Assembly (NCBI GenBank): GCA_015063805.1
Contig: SVTK01000013.1
Coordinates: 21,102 to 85,101 of the forward strand
Origin: Oscillospiraceae bacterium
GTDB taxonomy: Bacteria > Bacillota > Clostridia > Oscillospirales > CAG-272
Length of the DNA stretch: 64,000 nt
Reading direction: 5' to 3'
Part shown: one piece after another, positions 48,959-58,425 of the stretch
Layout: each line of letters starts with the position of its first letter
Numbering within the stretch: position 1 is the stretch's first letter
Position numbers and translations under genes: made by a program
The notes under the pieces: generated by a model
Database searches by the model: none
The model's input: only the letters and a program-made list of their open reading frames with translations
What the model was told of the DNA's origin: nothing

Positions 48959-49741
48959 ATGGTTGGAATTTATGATTGCTTTGGGTATGGTAAGGGGTAC
49001 GATATATCGTTTGCGCAAAGATATAGACTGATTAAAAATGCAGGTTTTGATTGTGTAATGCTGTGGTGGAGCGATATGTTCGGCCGCGGTGATGGGTATC
49101 AAGATGATGTATGGCTGGCAAAAAATGCAGGTCTGCAGATTGAGAATATCCATGCACCCGTTCACGAACAAAACTGTCTATCCTTGGATAATTTGCAGGG
49201 AGACAGCGTTTTGAGGGCGTATGTGCAATGTGTAAAGGATTGCCATCAGTATGAAATTGCCACAGTGGTAATTCATTTGCCCGGCGATTCTCATCCCATA
49301 AGTGATTTGGGTATGAAGAGACTCGAAGAGATCATTTGTATAGCAGAAGATGAGAATATTCAAATTGCCTTTGAAAATTTGGGGAATATTCAAAATTTGG
49401 CGACGGTGCTCGACTGGTTTTCGTCCCCAAATGTTGGATTTTGCTATGATAGTTGTCACCATGTCAATTACTCACCCGATGTTGATTTGCTTCAGCTGTA
49501 TGGAAACCGTCTGAAGGCGATTCACTTACACGATAACGGCGGAATGCGAAATCAGCACCAGCTTCCCTTTGATGGAGCGATTGACTGGTCAGATGTCATG
49601 GGAAGAATTGCACACACTGGCTACCAAGGTGCTACGACCTTAGAGCCAATGAATTGGGATTATGAGCATCTGACGATACATGAATTTTTGGATTTGGCAT
49701 ACCAACGTTCAAAAAAAGTTGATGAATTGAGAATAACCTGA
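48959..49741 (+). CDS. Sugar phosphate isomerase/epimerase (xylose-isomerase-like TIM barrel), AT-rich foreign-looking gene
   Basis: About 41% GC against about 60% in the flanks. AP-endonuclease-2/xylose-isomerase TIM pattern (IHAP, VVIHLPG, IAFENL, HLHDN). Isolated between two terminators. Confidence 0.6.
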   Translation: MVGIYDCFGYGKGYDISFAQRYRLIKNAGFDCVMLWWSDMFGRGDGYQDDVWLAKNAGLQIENIHAPVHEQNCLSLDNLQGDSVLRAYVQCVKDCHQYEIATVVIHLPGDSHPISDLGMKRLEEIICIAEDENIQIAFENLGNIQNLATVLDWFSSPNVGFCYDSCHHVNYSPDVDLLQLYGNRLKAIHLHDNGGMRNQHQLPFDGAIDWSDVMGRIAHTGYQGATTLEPMNWDYEHLTIHEFLDLAYQRSKKVDELRIT

Positions 49742-49753
49742 ATTTATAAGCAA

Positions 49754-49790
49754 AATGCCAGGGTGCTTTTCAAGCACCCTGGCATTTTGT
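49754..49790. terminator. Bidirectional terminator
   Basis: AATGCCAGGGTGC-ttttcaa-GCACCCTGGCATT, flanked by A- and T-tracts. Confidence 0.8.
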
Positions 49791-49818
49791 CGTGTATATC
49801 GTGCAATATTTTTCTTTA

Positions 49819-51219
49819 TTAGAACGCGATCTTCTCGGCCACATAAGCCTTCAGCTCGCTGATCGGGATGCGGACCTGCTCCATGGTGTCGCGGTCGCGG
49901 ACGGTGACGCAGCCGTCTTCCTTGGAGTCGAAGTCGTAGGTGACGCAGAGGGGAGTACCGATCTCGTCCTCGCGGCGGTAACGCTTACCGATGGAACCAG
50001 TCTCATCAAAGTCGGTCATGAAGTCCTTCGAGAGCATGGTGTAAACCTCCATAGCCTCGGGGGACAGCTTCTTGGAGAGAGGCAGAACGGCAACCTTGTA
50101 GGGTGCGATGGCGGGATGGAAGCGCATAACAACACGGACATCGTTCTTCGCCTCGTCGATGACTTCCTCATCGTATGCCTCAACCAGAAGAGCCAGCGTC
50201 ATACGGTCAGCGCCGAGAGAGGGCTCGACCACATAGGGAACGTAGTGCTCGTTGGTCTCGGGATCGAAGTAGGTGAGATCCTGGCCGGAGTGCTTTGCGT
50301 GCTGGGAGAGGTCGTAGTTGGTACGGTCGGCAACACCCCACAGCTCGCCCCAGCCGAAGGGGAAGAGGTACTCGAAGTCGGTGGTCGCCTTGGAGTAGAA
50401 GGACAGCTCCTCGGGCTCGTGGTCGCGCAGACGGAGGTTCTCCTCCTTGATGTTCAGGGACTTGAGCCACTCGTGGCAGTAGTTGCGCCAGTAAGCGAAC
50501 CACTCCAGATCGGTGTCGGGCTTGCAGAAGAACTCCAGTTCCATCTGCTCGAACTCGCGGATACGGAAGATGAAGTTACCGGGGGTGATCTCGTTACGGA
50601 AGGACTTACCGATCTGGCAAACGCCGAAGGGCAGCTTGCGGCGGGTGGAGCGCTGGATAGCGGGGAAGTTCACAAAGATACCCTGCGCGGTCTCGGGACG
50701 GAGGTAAACCTCATTCTGATTATCCTCGGTAACGCCCTGGTGGGTCTTAAACATCAGATTGAACTTGCGGATGTCGGTGAAATCGGACTTGCCGCAGCCG
50801 GGGCAGGGGATCTTCTGTTCGCGGATGTAGGCCAGCAGAGCTTCGCCGTCCATGGCCTCAACGTTCACATCGGTGATGTTGTTGTCGCGGACATACTCCT
50901 CAACCAGCTTGTCGGCGCGGTGGCGCATCTTGCAGGCCTTGCAGTCGATGAGGGGATCGTTGAAGGTAGCAACGTGGCCCGACGCAACCCAAACCTCGCG
51001 GTTCATCAGGATTGCCGAGTCAAGGCCCACATTGTAGGGGTTCTCCTGCACGAACTTCTTCCACCAGGCGCGCTTGACGTTGTTCTTCAGCTCAACGCCC
51101 AGGGGGCCGTAGTCCCAAGAGTTGGCCAGACCGCCGTAGATCTCGGAGCCGGGGAAGACGATGCCGCGGTTTTTGCACAGCGCGACAATTTTTTCCATTG
51201 TTTTTTCATTCTGGTTCAT
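49819..51219 (-). CDS. glyQS: Glycine--tRNA ligase (dimeric alpha2 type)
   Basis: [41 protein letters not shown]...class II aaRS motifs. RBS AGGAGA. Confidence 0.93.
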   Translation of the reverse strand: MNQNEKTMEKIVALCKNRGIVFPGSEIYGGLANSWDYGPLGVELKNNVKRAWWKKFVQENPYNVGLDSAILMNREVWVASGHVATFNDPLIDCKACKMRHRADKLVEEYVRDNNITDVNVEAMDGEALLAYIREQKIPCPGCGKSDFTDIRKFNLMFKTHQGVTEDNQNEVYLRPETAQGIFVNFPAIQRSTRRKLPFGVCQIGKSFRNEITPGNFIFRIREFEQMELEFFCKPDTDLEWFAYWRNYCHEWLKSLNIKEENLRLRDHEPEELSFYSKATTDFEYLFPFGWGELWGVADRTNYDLSQHAKHSGQDLTYFDPETNEHYVPYVVEPSLGADRMTLALLVEAYDEEVIDEAKNDVRVVMRFHPAIAPYKVAVLPLSKKLSPEAMEVYTMLSKDFMTDFDETGSIGKRYRREDEIGTPLCVTYDFDSKEDGCVTVRDRDTMEQVRIPISELKAYVAEKIAF

Positions 51220-51251
51220 GATGTTGTCTCCTGTTGTATATTTGAAAAATT

Positions 51252-52451
51252 TTATTCGTAAATTCGTTTGTAGTCGCTGAAGTAATCCAGCGCACCCTCG
51301 AGATTGGGGTTGAAAATGCGGTCTCCCTTGGCATCGGTGACATAGCTGCCGGGGAAGGACAGCTCAAGCAGCTGGAATTCACCGTACTTGAAAATCAGAT
51401 CCAGGTTGGCGGTGAGGTCCTGCAGGGAGAAGTTGGAGATGAACAGACTTCTAATCTGCGCGTACAGCTTGGGCGCCTCGGGCAGATAGGAGAGATCGGT
51501 CATCTTCTGCATCATGACCCGCACGAAGTTGACTGCGGTTTTCACGCGGCTCTGATTGGGCTCGGTGTACTTGTTGAACTGCAGCATATGCAGGGCCGAA
51601 ACACCGTCCAGCTTCTGTGTGCCGGCAGACAGGTTGATGTGCAGATTTCCCTTGTAATCGTCGTACTTCATGTTGCAGGGGACATTGTAGGTAATGCCGC
51701 CCAAAGTGTCAACAATCTCAGGGAACTGCTCTACGTTGACAATGACATGGCGATCGATTATCAGCCCGGTCATTGCGTTGAGTTTGCGGATGAGGAAGTC
51801 AAGGCCGTACTCGGCAAATACATCCCGGAGCATCATGCGTCGGCCTTCGATGGTCAGGATCATTTCGGGAGGGAATGCGGTAAAGGTGAACTGACGGCGT
51901 TCCTTGTCCACCCGAACCAACAGGATCGTATCGGTCTGGACAGCGCGGTATTCCTCCGAGAAAAAGCCGCCTTCAAAGTAGAGGGAGCCGTCGGGCATCA
52001 GCTTGCCTGTATCAATGGCGGAGGTGGTCTCATCTGCTACGGTGATCTCGGCGGGCGGGGCCATGGTCTCGGGGGCCACTGTGATGTCGGCAGGCGGTGC
52101 GACTGTTTGGGGAATATCGGTGGTTTCGCCTTCACCCGTCGTTTCTTCCATGGTCTCAGGGGCGAGAGCGGCCATCATATCGGGGTCATAGTCATAGTAG
52201 CGGTGAGGGGCATAATCCACGCCCAGCAACAGGATGTTGAAGGATGAGCCGTTGAGGGGCTCGGGGGGATCTGTTTCCGGTGGGACGGTGGTGACAGTAG
52301 GATGGTCGGGATTTTCCGGATCGTTTGGCGTTACAAAGAATGAATCGGAGAGACTGTCCATGACGATCTGCACCACGCCGAAGGCAATGAGCGAAAAAAT
52401 GACAGCGGCGATCAGAAAGGTGATCGCGTAATTTTTGAAGGCTGAAAGCAT
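51252..52451 (-). CDS. LytR-CpsA-Psr (LCP) family cell-envelope polymer transferase with low-complexity insertion
   Basis: N-terminal TM anchor, FNILLLGVD ... [12 protein letters not shown] core. About 70-aa Pro/Thr/Glu-rich insert with [28 protein letters not shown] repeats. Confidence 0.85.
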   Translation of the reverse strand: MLSAFKNYAITFLIAAVIFSLIAFGVVQIVMDSLSDSFFVTPNDPENPDHPTVTTVPPETDPPEPLNGSSFNILLLGVDYAPHRYYDYDPDMMAALAPETMEETTGEGETTDIPQTVAPPADITVAPETMAPPAEITVADETTSAIDTGKLMPDGSLYFEGGFFSEEYRAVQTDTILLVRVDKERRQFTFTAFPPEMILTIEGRRMMLRDVFAEYGLDFLIRKLNAMTGLIIDRHVIVNVEQFPEIVDTLGGITYNVPCNMKYDDYKGNLHINLSAGTQKLDGVSALHMLQFNKYTEPNQSRVKTAVNFVRVMMQKMTDLSYLPEAPKLYAQIRSLFISNFSLQDLTANLDLIFKYGEFQLLELSFPGSYVTDAKGDRIFNPNLEGALDYFSDYKRIYE

Positions 52452-52487
52452 AATACCTCCTTACTGTTCGCAGGGAAGCGGGAATTT

Positions 52488-53834
52488 TTATCCAAGATAT
52501 GCGCCGTTCTCCAAGAGGATGCGTTGTACCTCACCACAAGGCACTTCTGCGGCGGGAACATTCGCGGCGGCGGCCAGGGCGGCGGTGACACCGGCGGCCT
52601 CGCCCATGGCAACGCAGGGGGGCATGACCCGAACTGCGGCAAAGGCGTACTTGTCGGCGGAGAGACTCTTGCCTGCGGTGAGCAGGTTGTCGATGTTGTT
52701 GGAGATCAGGCAGGAGAGGGGGATGTAATAGTTTTCGGTCTGGTGCGCGATGTACTTGACCCCATCCTTATGGTGAATATCCACCGAGTTGGCACAAACC
52801 GCAATGCGGTCATCAAACTTGTGGGCATTTTGGATATCCTCCAGGCAGAAGAGAGTCTTGCCCACTATGCGGCGGCTCTCTCTGACCCCGATATCCGATG
52901 CGGTGGCAACCAGGCGGATGTTCTCCAGCCCCGGAATGCGGTTCCGTAGGAAGTCAATCAGCCGCATGATCTGCTGCCGCTGTTCGATCTCTGCCACCGT
53001 GACGGCCTCACCGTCCAGCTCGTTGAGCTGACCGTCCATTTGCGTCATGTTTACCGTCCAGGTGTCGTCGGGATTTTCAAAGATGCGCAGCTTATTCTGC
53101 CCGCAGGGGAAGCTGCCGTCCCGCTTGCCGGCGTCAATCTCATCCATGAAATAGCGCGCACGCATTTCGGTATGGGTGCGCATATGTTCATCCAGAACCG
53201 ACTTGTCCACCCCGTCGATGATGAAGAAGGTGGAAGCGGTTTGCAGAATGCCGTCATCGTTTCCCCGCATGGTTTGAGCACCGGCCTTGTGGGCCAGGGC
53301 GGCGGAGCCGGTGGTGTCGATGAAGGTCTTGGCACGCACCGAAATAATCCGATTGCTGTCGGCGGCGAAAATACGGGAAATACGATTTTCGTTGGTCTCA
53401 CAGCCGATCAGCAGAGTATGGTAGAGCAGGGTTACCCCGGCGTCCAGGCACATCTTCTCGGTGACCCGCTTGAGGGACTCCCGATCAAAGGGCATGACAC
53501 CGATGTGGCCGCCGGTGCGGTAGCCGCTGTAGCCGTCACCGCCGTGACAGTCCGCCGGAGAGACAGCGCCTCCCTCGGCAAGAAGAGCCTGCTTCAATTC
53601 GTCAAACAGACCGCGGATGATCTGCGTTCCCCCAAACGCATCATAGCAGGTCATGAAGGGTCCCACAAGGCCCTTGGTGGCGGTTCCGCCCAAGAACCCG
53701 CCCGATTCAATGAGAACCGTTCTGGCACCTGTTCTGGCTGCCGAGACAGCGGCCGCAAAGCCGCTCATTCCGCCGCCGCAGACCGCGACATCAAAGTCGT
53801 ATTCTTTCTGTACGGGCAAAAGAATGTTTTCCAT
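52488..53834 (-). CDS. FAD-dependent oxidoreductase (FAD_oxidored/HI0933-like family)
   Basis: [30 protein letters not shown] Rossmann dinucleotide motif. Start at MENILLPV (53834). Confidence 0.7.
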   Translation of the reverse strand: MENILLPVQKEYDFDVAVCGGGMSGFAAAVSAARTGARTVLIESGGFLGGTATKGLVGPFMTCYDAFGGTQIIRGLFDELKQALLAEGGAVSPADCHGGDGYSGYRTGGHIGVMPFDRESLKRVTEKMCLDAGVTLLYHTLLIGCETNENRISRIFAADSNRIISVRAKTFIDTTGSAALAHKAGAQTMRGNDDGILQTASTFFIIDGVDKSVLDEHMRTHTEMRARYFMDEIDAGKRDGSFPCGQNKLRIFENPDDTWTVNMTQMDGQLNELDGEAVTVAEIEQRQQIMRLIDFLRNRIPGLENIRLVATASDIGVRESRRIVGKTLFCLEDIQNAHKFDDRIAVCANSVDIHHKDGVKYIAHQTENYYIPLSCLISNNIDNLLTAGKSLSADKYAFAAVRVMPPCVAMGEAAGVTAALAAAANVPAAEVPCGEVQRILLENGAYLG

Positions 53835-53988
53835 ATTTCTCCGTGGGGAAGGGGAGATCTTCCCGTGATCAATGCAATTAATTTGCGCACAGACCAAGCC
53901 ATACACATTCACTCTATTATATAACAAAATCCCGAATTTTGCAAGAGGGGAAAGGCAGGATTTTGGGGCGGAAATGTAAATATTCAAG

Positions 53989-54017
53989 GAAAAAGCGGTG
54001 ACGCATTGCGTCACCGC
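53989..54017 (-). terminator. Terminator after the anti-sigma gene (minus strand)
   Basis: GCGGTGACGC-att-GCGTCACCGC, T-tract on the minus strand. Confidence 0.75.
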
Positions 54018-54023
54018 CGGAAA

Positions 54024-55043
54024 TTATTGCAGGGGGATAGTCTGGCCGTCCAGCGTCAGGCTGACGACCTTGCCCGTGTCAATGGCTTTATCGAGCAGCC
54101 AGTTGAAAACAAATTTGCCATCGGGCATGGTCCCGCAGCCGTTTTTGCCGCCGCAGGGGAGCGTGGTACCATCGGCCAGGGTCAGATAAGCCTCGTCTAA
54201 AAGCGTGCCGACCCAGGGCATTTCTCTGCCGTCAGGGGCATCACAGGTGCCGGAGAGAGTCAGTTCGGTGTTGGTCATGGTGATGTGGTCCATGCTGATG
54301 ACAATGCCGTCACGGTGAATGGTGATGGGGGTGATTTCGCTGTCCAGCGTGTCATTCCGGTAGTTCAGCGAGACGGACATGGGTTTGGCGGGGGTACCGA
54401 AGGGGCGGGTGGTGATGGCACCGTCGGCCATTTGCAAGGTGAGCAGCATTTCGCCCGGTGTCAGCGTGGCCGTCTGACCGATATGGACGAGATCAGCGTT
54501 GTAGAGCAGGGCTGATCCTTCAAGGTGGACACAGCCGGGGGTGCTGTCACCCAGGGGTGAGATGTAGACCTTTCTTTGGGTACCGTCGGCAAAGGTGAGA
54601 GCGGCATTGGGAAAGTCGATGTGAAGAAGCGTTTCGCCGTCTTCTACCGAGACAACATCACTGCCGTCGGTTCGGGTCAGCGACAGCGAGAGATAGAGCT
54701 GATTCCCGCCGCCGGTGACGGCATCACAGCGAAACTCCAGAGGCGAAGCATTGCCGGTATCAACGGTTGCCAGCGCATCGGGCTGTGTGATGACGATATC
54801 GGGATCGTTGACAAAATGCGACTCCGTTTTGCCGCGCAGGCCAAACCATGCGGTGGCCGATCCGATGGCTCCAACCGTCAGCGTTGCGGCTGTGATCACC
54901 GCGGCGGCGATGATGATCCCTGCTGTGCGGCGGGGCAGATGCCGCGTGCGGGATGCTTCTGCGCGGCAGGACGCCATGATCCGCGCCCGTGTTTCATTCG
55001 GAAGACGCTGCTCCCGCAGTTCTCGGAAAAAACGTTCATTCAT
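54024..55043 (-). CDS. Putative anti-sigma factor: single-pass membrane protein with large extracytoplasmic domain
   Basis: Overlaps the sigma gene by ATGA. Cytoplasmic N-terminus (about 50 aa), TM helix IIIAAAVITAATLTVGAIGSATAWF, about 270 aa beta-rich ectodomain. Confidence 0.55.
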   Translation of the reverse strand: MNERFFRELREQRLPNETRARIMASCRAEASRTRHLPRRTAGIIIAAAVITAATLTVGAIGSATAWFGLRGKTESHFVNDPDIVITQPDALATVDTGNASPLEFRCDAVTGGGNQLYLSLSLTRTDGSDVVSVEDGETLLHIDFPNAALTFADGTQRKVYISPLGDSTPGCVHLEGSALLYNADLVHIGQTATLTPGEMLLTLQMADGAITTRPFGTPAKPMSVSLNYRNDTLDSEITPITIHRDGIVISMDHITMTNTELTLSGTCDAPDGREMPWVGTLLDEAYLTLADGTTLPCGGKNGCGTMPDGKFVFNWLLDKAIDTGKVVSLTLDGQTIPLQ

Positions 55044-55528
55044 GATCTTTCTCCTCCTGCATACGCGAATTTGAATTTTTCGCGCCCAGTTTTCAGGCGC
55101 ATTTTGGCAGCCGATTCACTGATGCCAAGCATTCGTGCCGCTTCCTTTACCGGATAACCCTCTACGTAATGCAGCAGCATGATTTGCCGCGATTGAGGGG
55201 GCAGGGCCGCCAGCGTAGCCAGCACCTCGCTGCAGTCCTCGTCCGCAGGCAGCTCTGCCACTGCATCCAGTGCCACGGTACTGCGAATCTTCCGTCGACG
55301 GAGCATATCCCGGCAAAGATTCATTGCAACCGTGATGAGCCAGGCCTTCTCATGCTCGGTGTCACGAAAATGCGGTGCACGGCGAAGGTAGCGAAGCATG
55401 GTTTCCTGCACGGCATCTTCAGCATCAGCGCGGTTGGCCAGCATCCCCAACGCGATGCGGTACAGCGTGTCTCCCCAACGGTGGAGTGCCAACTCGGCAT
55501 TGCTCAGCCGCATGTTTGGGTCATTCAT
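55040..55528 (-). CDS. ECF-type RNA polymerase sigma factor (sigma-70 regions 2 and 4)
   Basis: DAVQETMLRYLRRAPHF..EKAWLITVAMNLCRDMLRRR (region 2). QSRQIMLLHYVEGYPVKEAARMLGISESAAKMRLKTGREK (region 4). Confidence 0.85.
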   Translation of the reverse strand: MNDPNMRLSNAELALHRWGDTLYRIALGMLANRADAEDAVQETMLRYLRRAPHFRDTEHEKAWLITVAMNLCRDMLRRRKIRSTVALDAVAELPADEDCSEVLATLAALPPQSRQIMLLHYVEGYPVKEAARMLGISESAAKMRLKTGREKFKFAYAGGERS

Positions 55529-55612
55529 GTGGATCCCTCCTTTTTTGTGGTTTCATCCATAACACGCACGACGGCGGTGATCGGTCAGCGGTGCGAAAAA
55601 AATGGCAGAAGG

Positions 55613-55643
55613 AAGAGAAAACCTCCGCCGAAGCGGAGGTTTT
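55613..55643 (-). terminator. Terminator after the flotillin gene (minus strand)
   Basis: ACCTCCGC-cgaa-GCGGAGGT with flanking T-tract on the minus strand. Confidence 0.7.
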
Positions 55644-55655
55644 CCCGGGGTTTAC

Positions 55656-57065
55656 TTATTCGGCGGTCGGCTCTTCTGCGGGAGCATCCTCGGCCTTTTT
55701 GCCGAGATACTCAGGCAGCTGCATACCGGCCATGTCGAAGATTTCGTTGAGGGGAGGAACCGACTTCATCAGGCCCGACACAAAGTTGGCAGTCGAGGTC
55801 TTGCCGTCTGCGGAATTTGCGCCGTTGTCCCAAACCGTGATCTTGTCGATCTTGAGGTTCTTGATGGCATCCACCTGGATGCGGGTGAGCTCTTCCATCT
55901 TGTCGGCCAGCATGAGACGGATGGCATCGCTTGCCTCGCCGCCGGCAGAGTTGACGATCTCGGTGAAGCCTTCGGCCTGCTTGGAGAGGATCTCCCGCAT
56001 ACCGGCGGCTTCAGCCTGCATCTTCATCAGGATGGCATCGGCTTCACCGCGAGCCTTGCGGCGCATCTGTTCAGCCTCGGCCTCAGCTTCCAGCTCTTTC
56101 TGCTTCTTGGCGATTTCAGCCTTGACCAGAACATCTGCCTCAAGGCGAGCCTTTTCCAGAGCGGCACGGGCAGTTTCAGCGGCCTGCTGAGCGGCGTAGG
56201 ATTCCTCCAGGGCACGGGCGGCCTGAATATTCTCGGCGGCGGTAGCGCGTTTCAGGGACTCTGCCTCGCGCTCACGGCGGCTAGCCTCGGAATCGGCGAT
56301 CTGAATCTTGGCTTCGTTCTCACCGCGGATTGCCTCGGAGTCGGATTTTGCCACGCTGATACGCTGTTCCTTCTCGGCAATGGATGCACCGATGGCACCG
56401 TTACGGTCAGCCTCGGCAACCGATACCTTAGCATCGTTGATGGCCTTGGCGGCGGCTTCCTTACCCAGGGCGGCGATGTAGCCGCTCTCGTCGTTGATGT
56501 CGGTGACGTTTACGTTGATCAGACGGAGACCAATCTTCTTCAGCTCGGTTTCCACATTGCCCGAAACCGCTTCAAGGAACTTGTCGCGGTCGGTGTTGAT
56601 CTCCTCGATGTCCATGGTGGCGATAACCAAACGCAGCTGACCGAAGATGATATCCTTCGCCAGCTCCTGGATTTCCACCAGCTTCAGGCCCAGCAGACGC
56701 TCGGCCGCATTCTGCATGACGCCAACCTCGGTGGAGATACCGACGGTAAAACGGGAGGGAACATCGATACGGATGTTCTGACGGGAGAGGGCATTGGTCA
56801 GATCCACGCTGATGGACAGGGGCGTCAGATCGAGATACTCATACGCCTGGATGACGGGCCAGATAAAGGCCGCGCCGCCGTGGATACATTTTGCGGAGCG
56901 GGAGGTGCCGTCCTTGTTGGTGCCCACCTTACCGTAAATAACCATGACCTTATCCGAGGGACACTTTTTGTAGCGGGAAAGGACGACGATGAGGGTAGTG
57001 AAGAGGAGAAGGGCGATGACGACCACCAAACCGATGATGGCAGGGTTAATTCCGTTTTGCGGCAT
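55656..57065 (-). CDS. floT: Flotillin (SPFH/band-7 domain, FloT/YuaG-like)
   Basis: N-terminal membrane hairpin, SPFH domain, long EA-rich coiled-coil (AEAEAEQMRRKARGEADA). Confidence 0.85.
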   Translation of the reverse strand: MPQNGINPAIIGLVVVIALLLFTTLIVVLSRYKKCPSDKVMVIYGKVGTNKDGTSRSAKCIHGGAAFIWPVIQAYEYLDLTPLSISVDLTNALSRQNIRIDVPSRFTVGISTEVGVMQNAAERLLGLKLVEIQELAKDIIFGQLRLVIATMDIEEINTDRDKFLEAVSGNVETELKKIGLRLINVNVTDINDESGYIAALGKEAAAKAINDAKVSVAEADRNGAIGASIAEKEQRISVAKSDSEAIRGENEAKIQIADSEASRREREAESLKRATAAENIQAARALEESYAAQQAAETARAALEKARLEADVLVKAEIAKKQKELEAEAEAEQMRRKARGEADAILMKMQAEAAGMREILSKQAEGFTEIVNSAGGEASDAIRLMLADKMEELTRIQVDAIKNLKIDKITVWDNGANSADGKTSTANFVSGLMKSVPPLNEIFDMAGMQLPEYLGKKAEDAPAEEPTAE

Positions 57066-57097
57066 AGCAGTGATTCCTTTCTTTGGTGATTTTGATT

Positions 57098-57676
57098 TTA
57101 TTGGATGGGTTCAACGACAAGGGTACCGTCCTCACCGGCCGAGACCACACGGACGTAGCTGCCCGTGGGGAGAGTTTGGTTGACGGTAGTGATTGCCGTG
57201 ACTTCGATGTACTTCTCCTGCAGAGTCAGCGTAACCTTGCCGCTGGCAGTTCCTGCGGGAGGGATGGGGATATAAACCTGGGCCACATGGCCGATGCTGT
57301 TGCCGTAATCGATGTTGCCCGAGGATTGGAGTTTCATCACCAGCTTCATCAGGTAAGCAAAGCCCACCATGGTGGCAAAGCCCAGTACAATGGAAATGAG
57401 GATCGATACAATATGAGGCAGCGCGGTTTCCAGCAAAGCCACAGCGCTCCATCCCATCACGCAGAGCATAGCCATAATACCGCGAATGGAGAAGAGCGCA
57501 AGACCATCGTCTCCTACGTCGATGTCACCATCGGTGTCAACGTCGGCGTCCATGTCGTTGTCGCCCGCGCCGAAGAGCAGCATCAGGGTCTGAATGACCA
57601 GGATCAAACTTGAGGGGATTGCGATCAGGGCAAAAATTTGCTGTATGAGCATCAGCTCGTTCCACCAGTTAAGCAT
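57098..57676 (-). CDS. NfeD-family membrane protein (YuaF-like partner of flotillin)
   Basis: Three N-terminal TM helices plus C-terminal OB-fold (GKVTLTLQEKYIEVTAIT). Located immediately upstream of the flotillin gene. Confidence 0.75.
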   Translation of the reverse strand: MLNWWNELMLIQQIFALIAIPSSLILVIQTLMLLFGAGDNDMDADVDTDGDIDVGDDGLALFSIRGIMAMLCVMGWSAVALLETALPHIVSILISIVLGFATMVGFAYLMKLVMKLQSSGNIDYGNSIGHVAQVYIPIPPAGTASGKVTLTLQEKYIEVTAITTVNQTLPTGSYVRVVSAGEDGTLVVEPIQ

Positions 57677-57719
57677 AGACAGCTCCTTTCAGTCGGATGG
57701 AAAATGGATAAACTTGAGG

Positions 57720-58289
57720 TCAGCGGGAAAGCAGAGCGGAATAGAGCGCATCTGCCTGCTTTTTCATGGAGGCGGCACAGTAAGCCACGGTGAAAATTTC
57801 CAACACCTTGGTCAGCCGTGATTTTGCGGCGCCAACCCGGTTCGCGTAGGGGGTAATTGCCCCGTCAATGACTGCGGCCATACCGCCGGCGGGAAGGGAA
57901 TCTTCTGCCATGCCGTCAATGATGCGGCACATACAGTCATAGAGCTCGGACTCACGGATAATGGCCGTTTCTTCGTCCTCACCGTTGAGATAGCGGAGTA
58001 GGAAAATAATGTGATCCAGCTGCATACAGTCCCTGAGCATATTGATGATGAGAATACGGGAGAGCTGTTCCATGCTGTACTTTTTCAGCCGGGCGTTGGC
58101 AACCCAGCCGCGCTTGGTCCAGTTCTGCAGGGTAGAGCCGTCGATTCCGGCAATCTCCCGGATTTGAGAGAGCATGATCCCTTGCGAGATGTAGAATATT
58201 TTATGCAGGAATTCGAGTCCTGTTACATTCCCCATCGCACTTTTTTGCAGAATTGTACCGGGAATATTTGTTTGCGGAGAAATATTCAT
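57720..58289 (-). CDS. DUF1836-like HTH-domain protein
   Basis: IFYISQGIMLSQIREIAGIDGSTLQNWTKRGWV HTH-like segment. First gene of the NfeD-flotillin operon. Confidence 0.4.
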   Translation of the reverse strand: MNISPQTNIPGTILQKSAMGNVTGLEFLHKIFYISQGIMLSQIREIAGIDGSTLQNWTKRGWVANARLKKYSMEQLSRILIINMLRDCMQLDHIIFLLRYLNGEDEETAIIRESELYDCMCRIIDGMAEDSLPAGGMAAVIDGAITPYANRVGAAKSRLTKVLEIFTVAYCAASMKKQADALYSALLSR

Positions 58290-58335
58290 GTAGATTGCGC
58301 CTCCTTTCGGGCAGGTGATTCAATCGACTGTAATA

Positions 58336-58364
58336 AGTATATCATGCAGTCACGTGATTGTCAA
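58336..58364 (-). promoter_or_regulatory. Sigma-A promoter for the DUF1836-NfeD-flotillin operon
   Basis: Minus strand: TTGACA - 17 nt - TATACT. Confidence 0.6.
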
Positions 58365-58388
58365 TAGCTGAGAACAAAAAAATTGAAA

Positions 58389-58420
58389 AAGGCACCGTGC
58401 GGCAGCACGGTACCTTTTTC
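58389..58420 (-). terminator. Terminator after the XRE-methyltransferase gene
   Basis: GGCACCGTGC-ggc-AGCACGGTACC with T-tract on the minus strand. Confidence 0.7.
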
Positions 58421-58425
58421 GGTCT

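Noticed and set aside
51220-51251. T-box leader expected upstream of glyQS
   Set aside because: Only about 30 nt of spacer, far too short for a T-box. No specifier-loop or T-box consensus sequence present.
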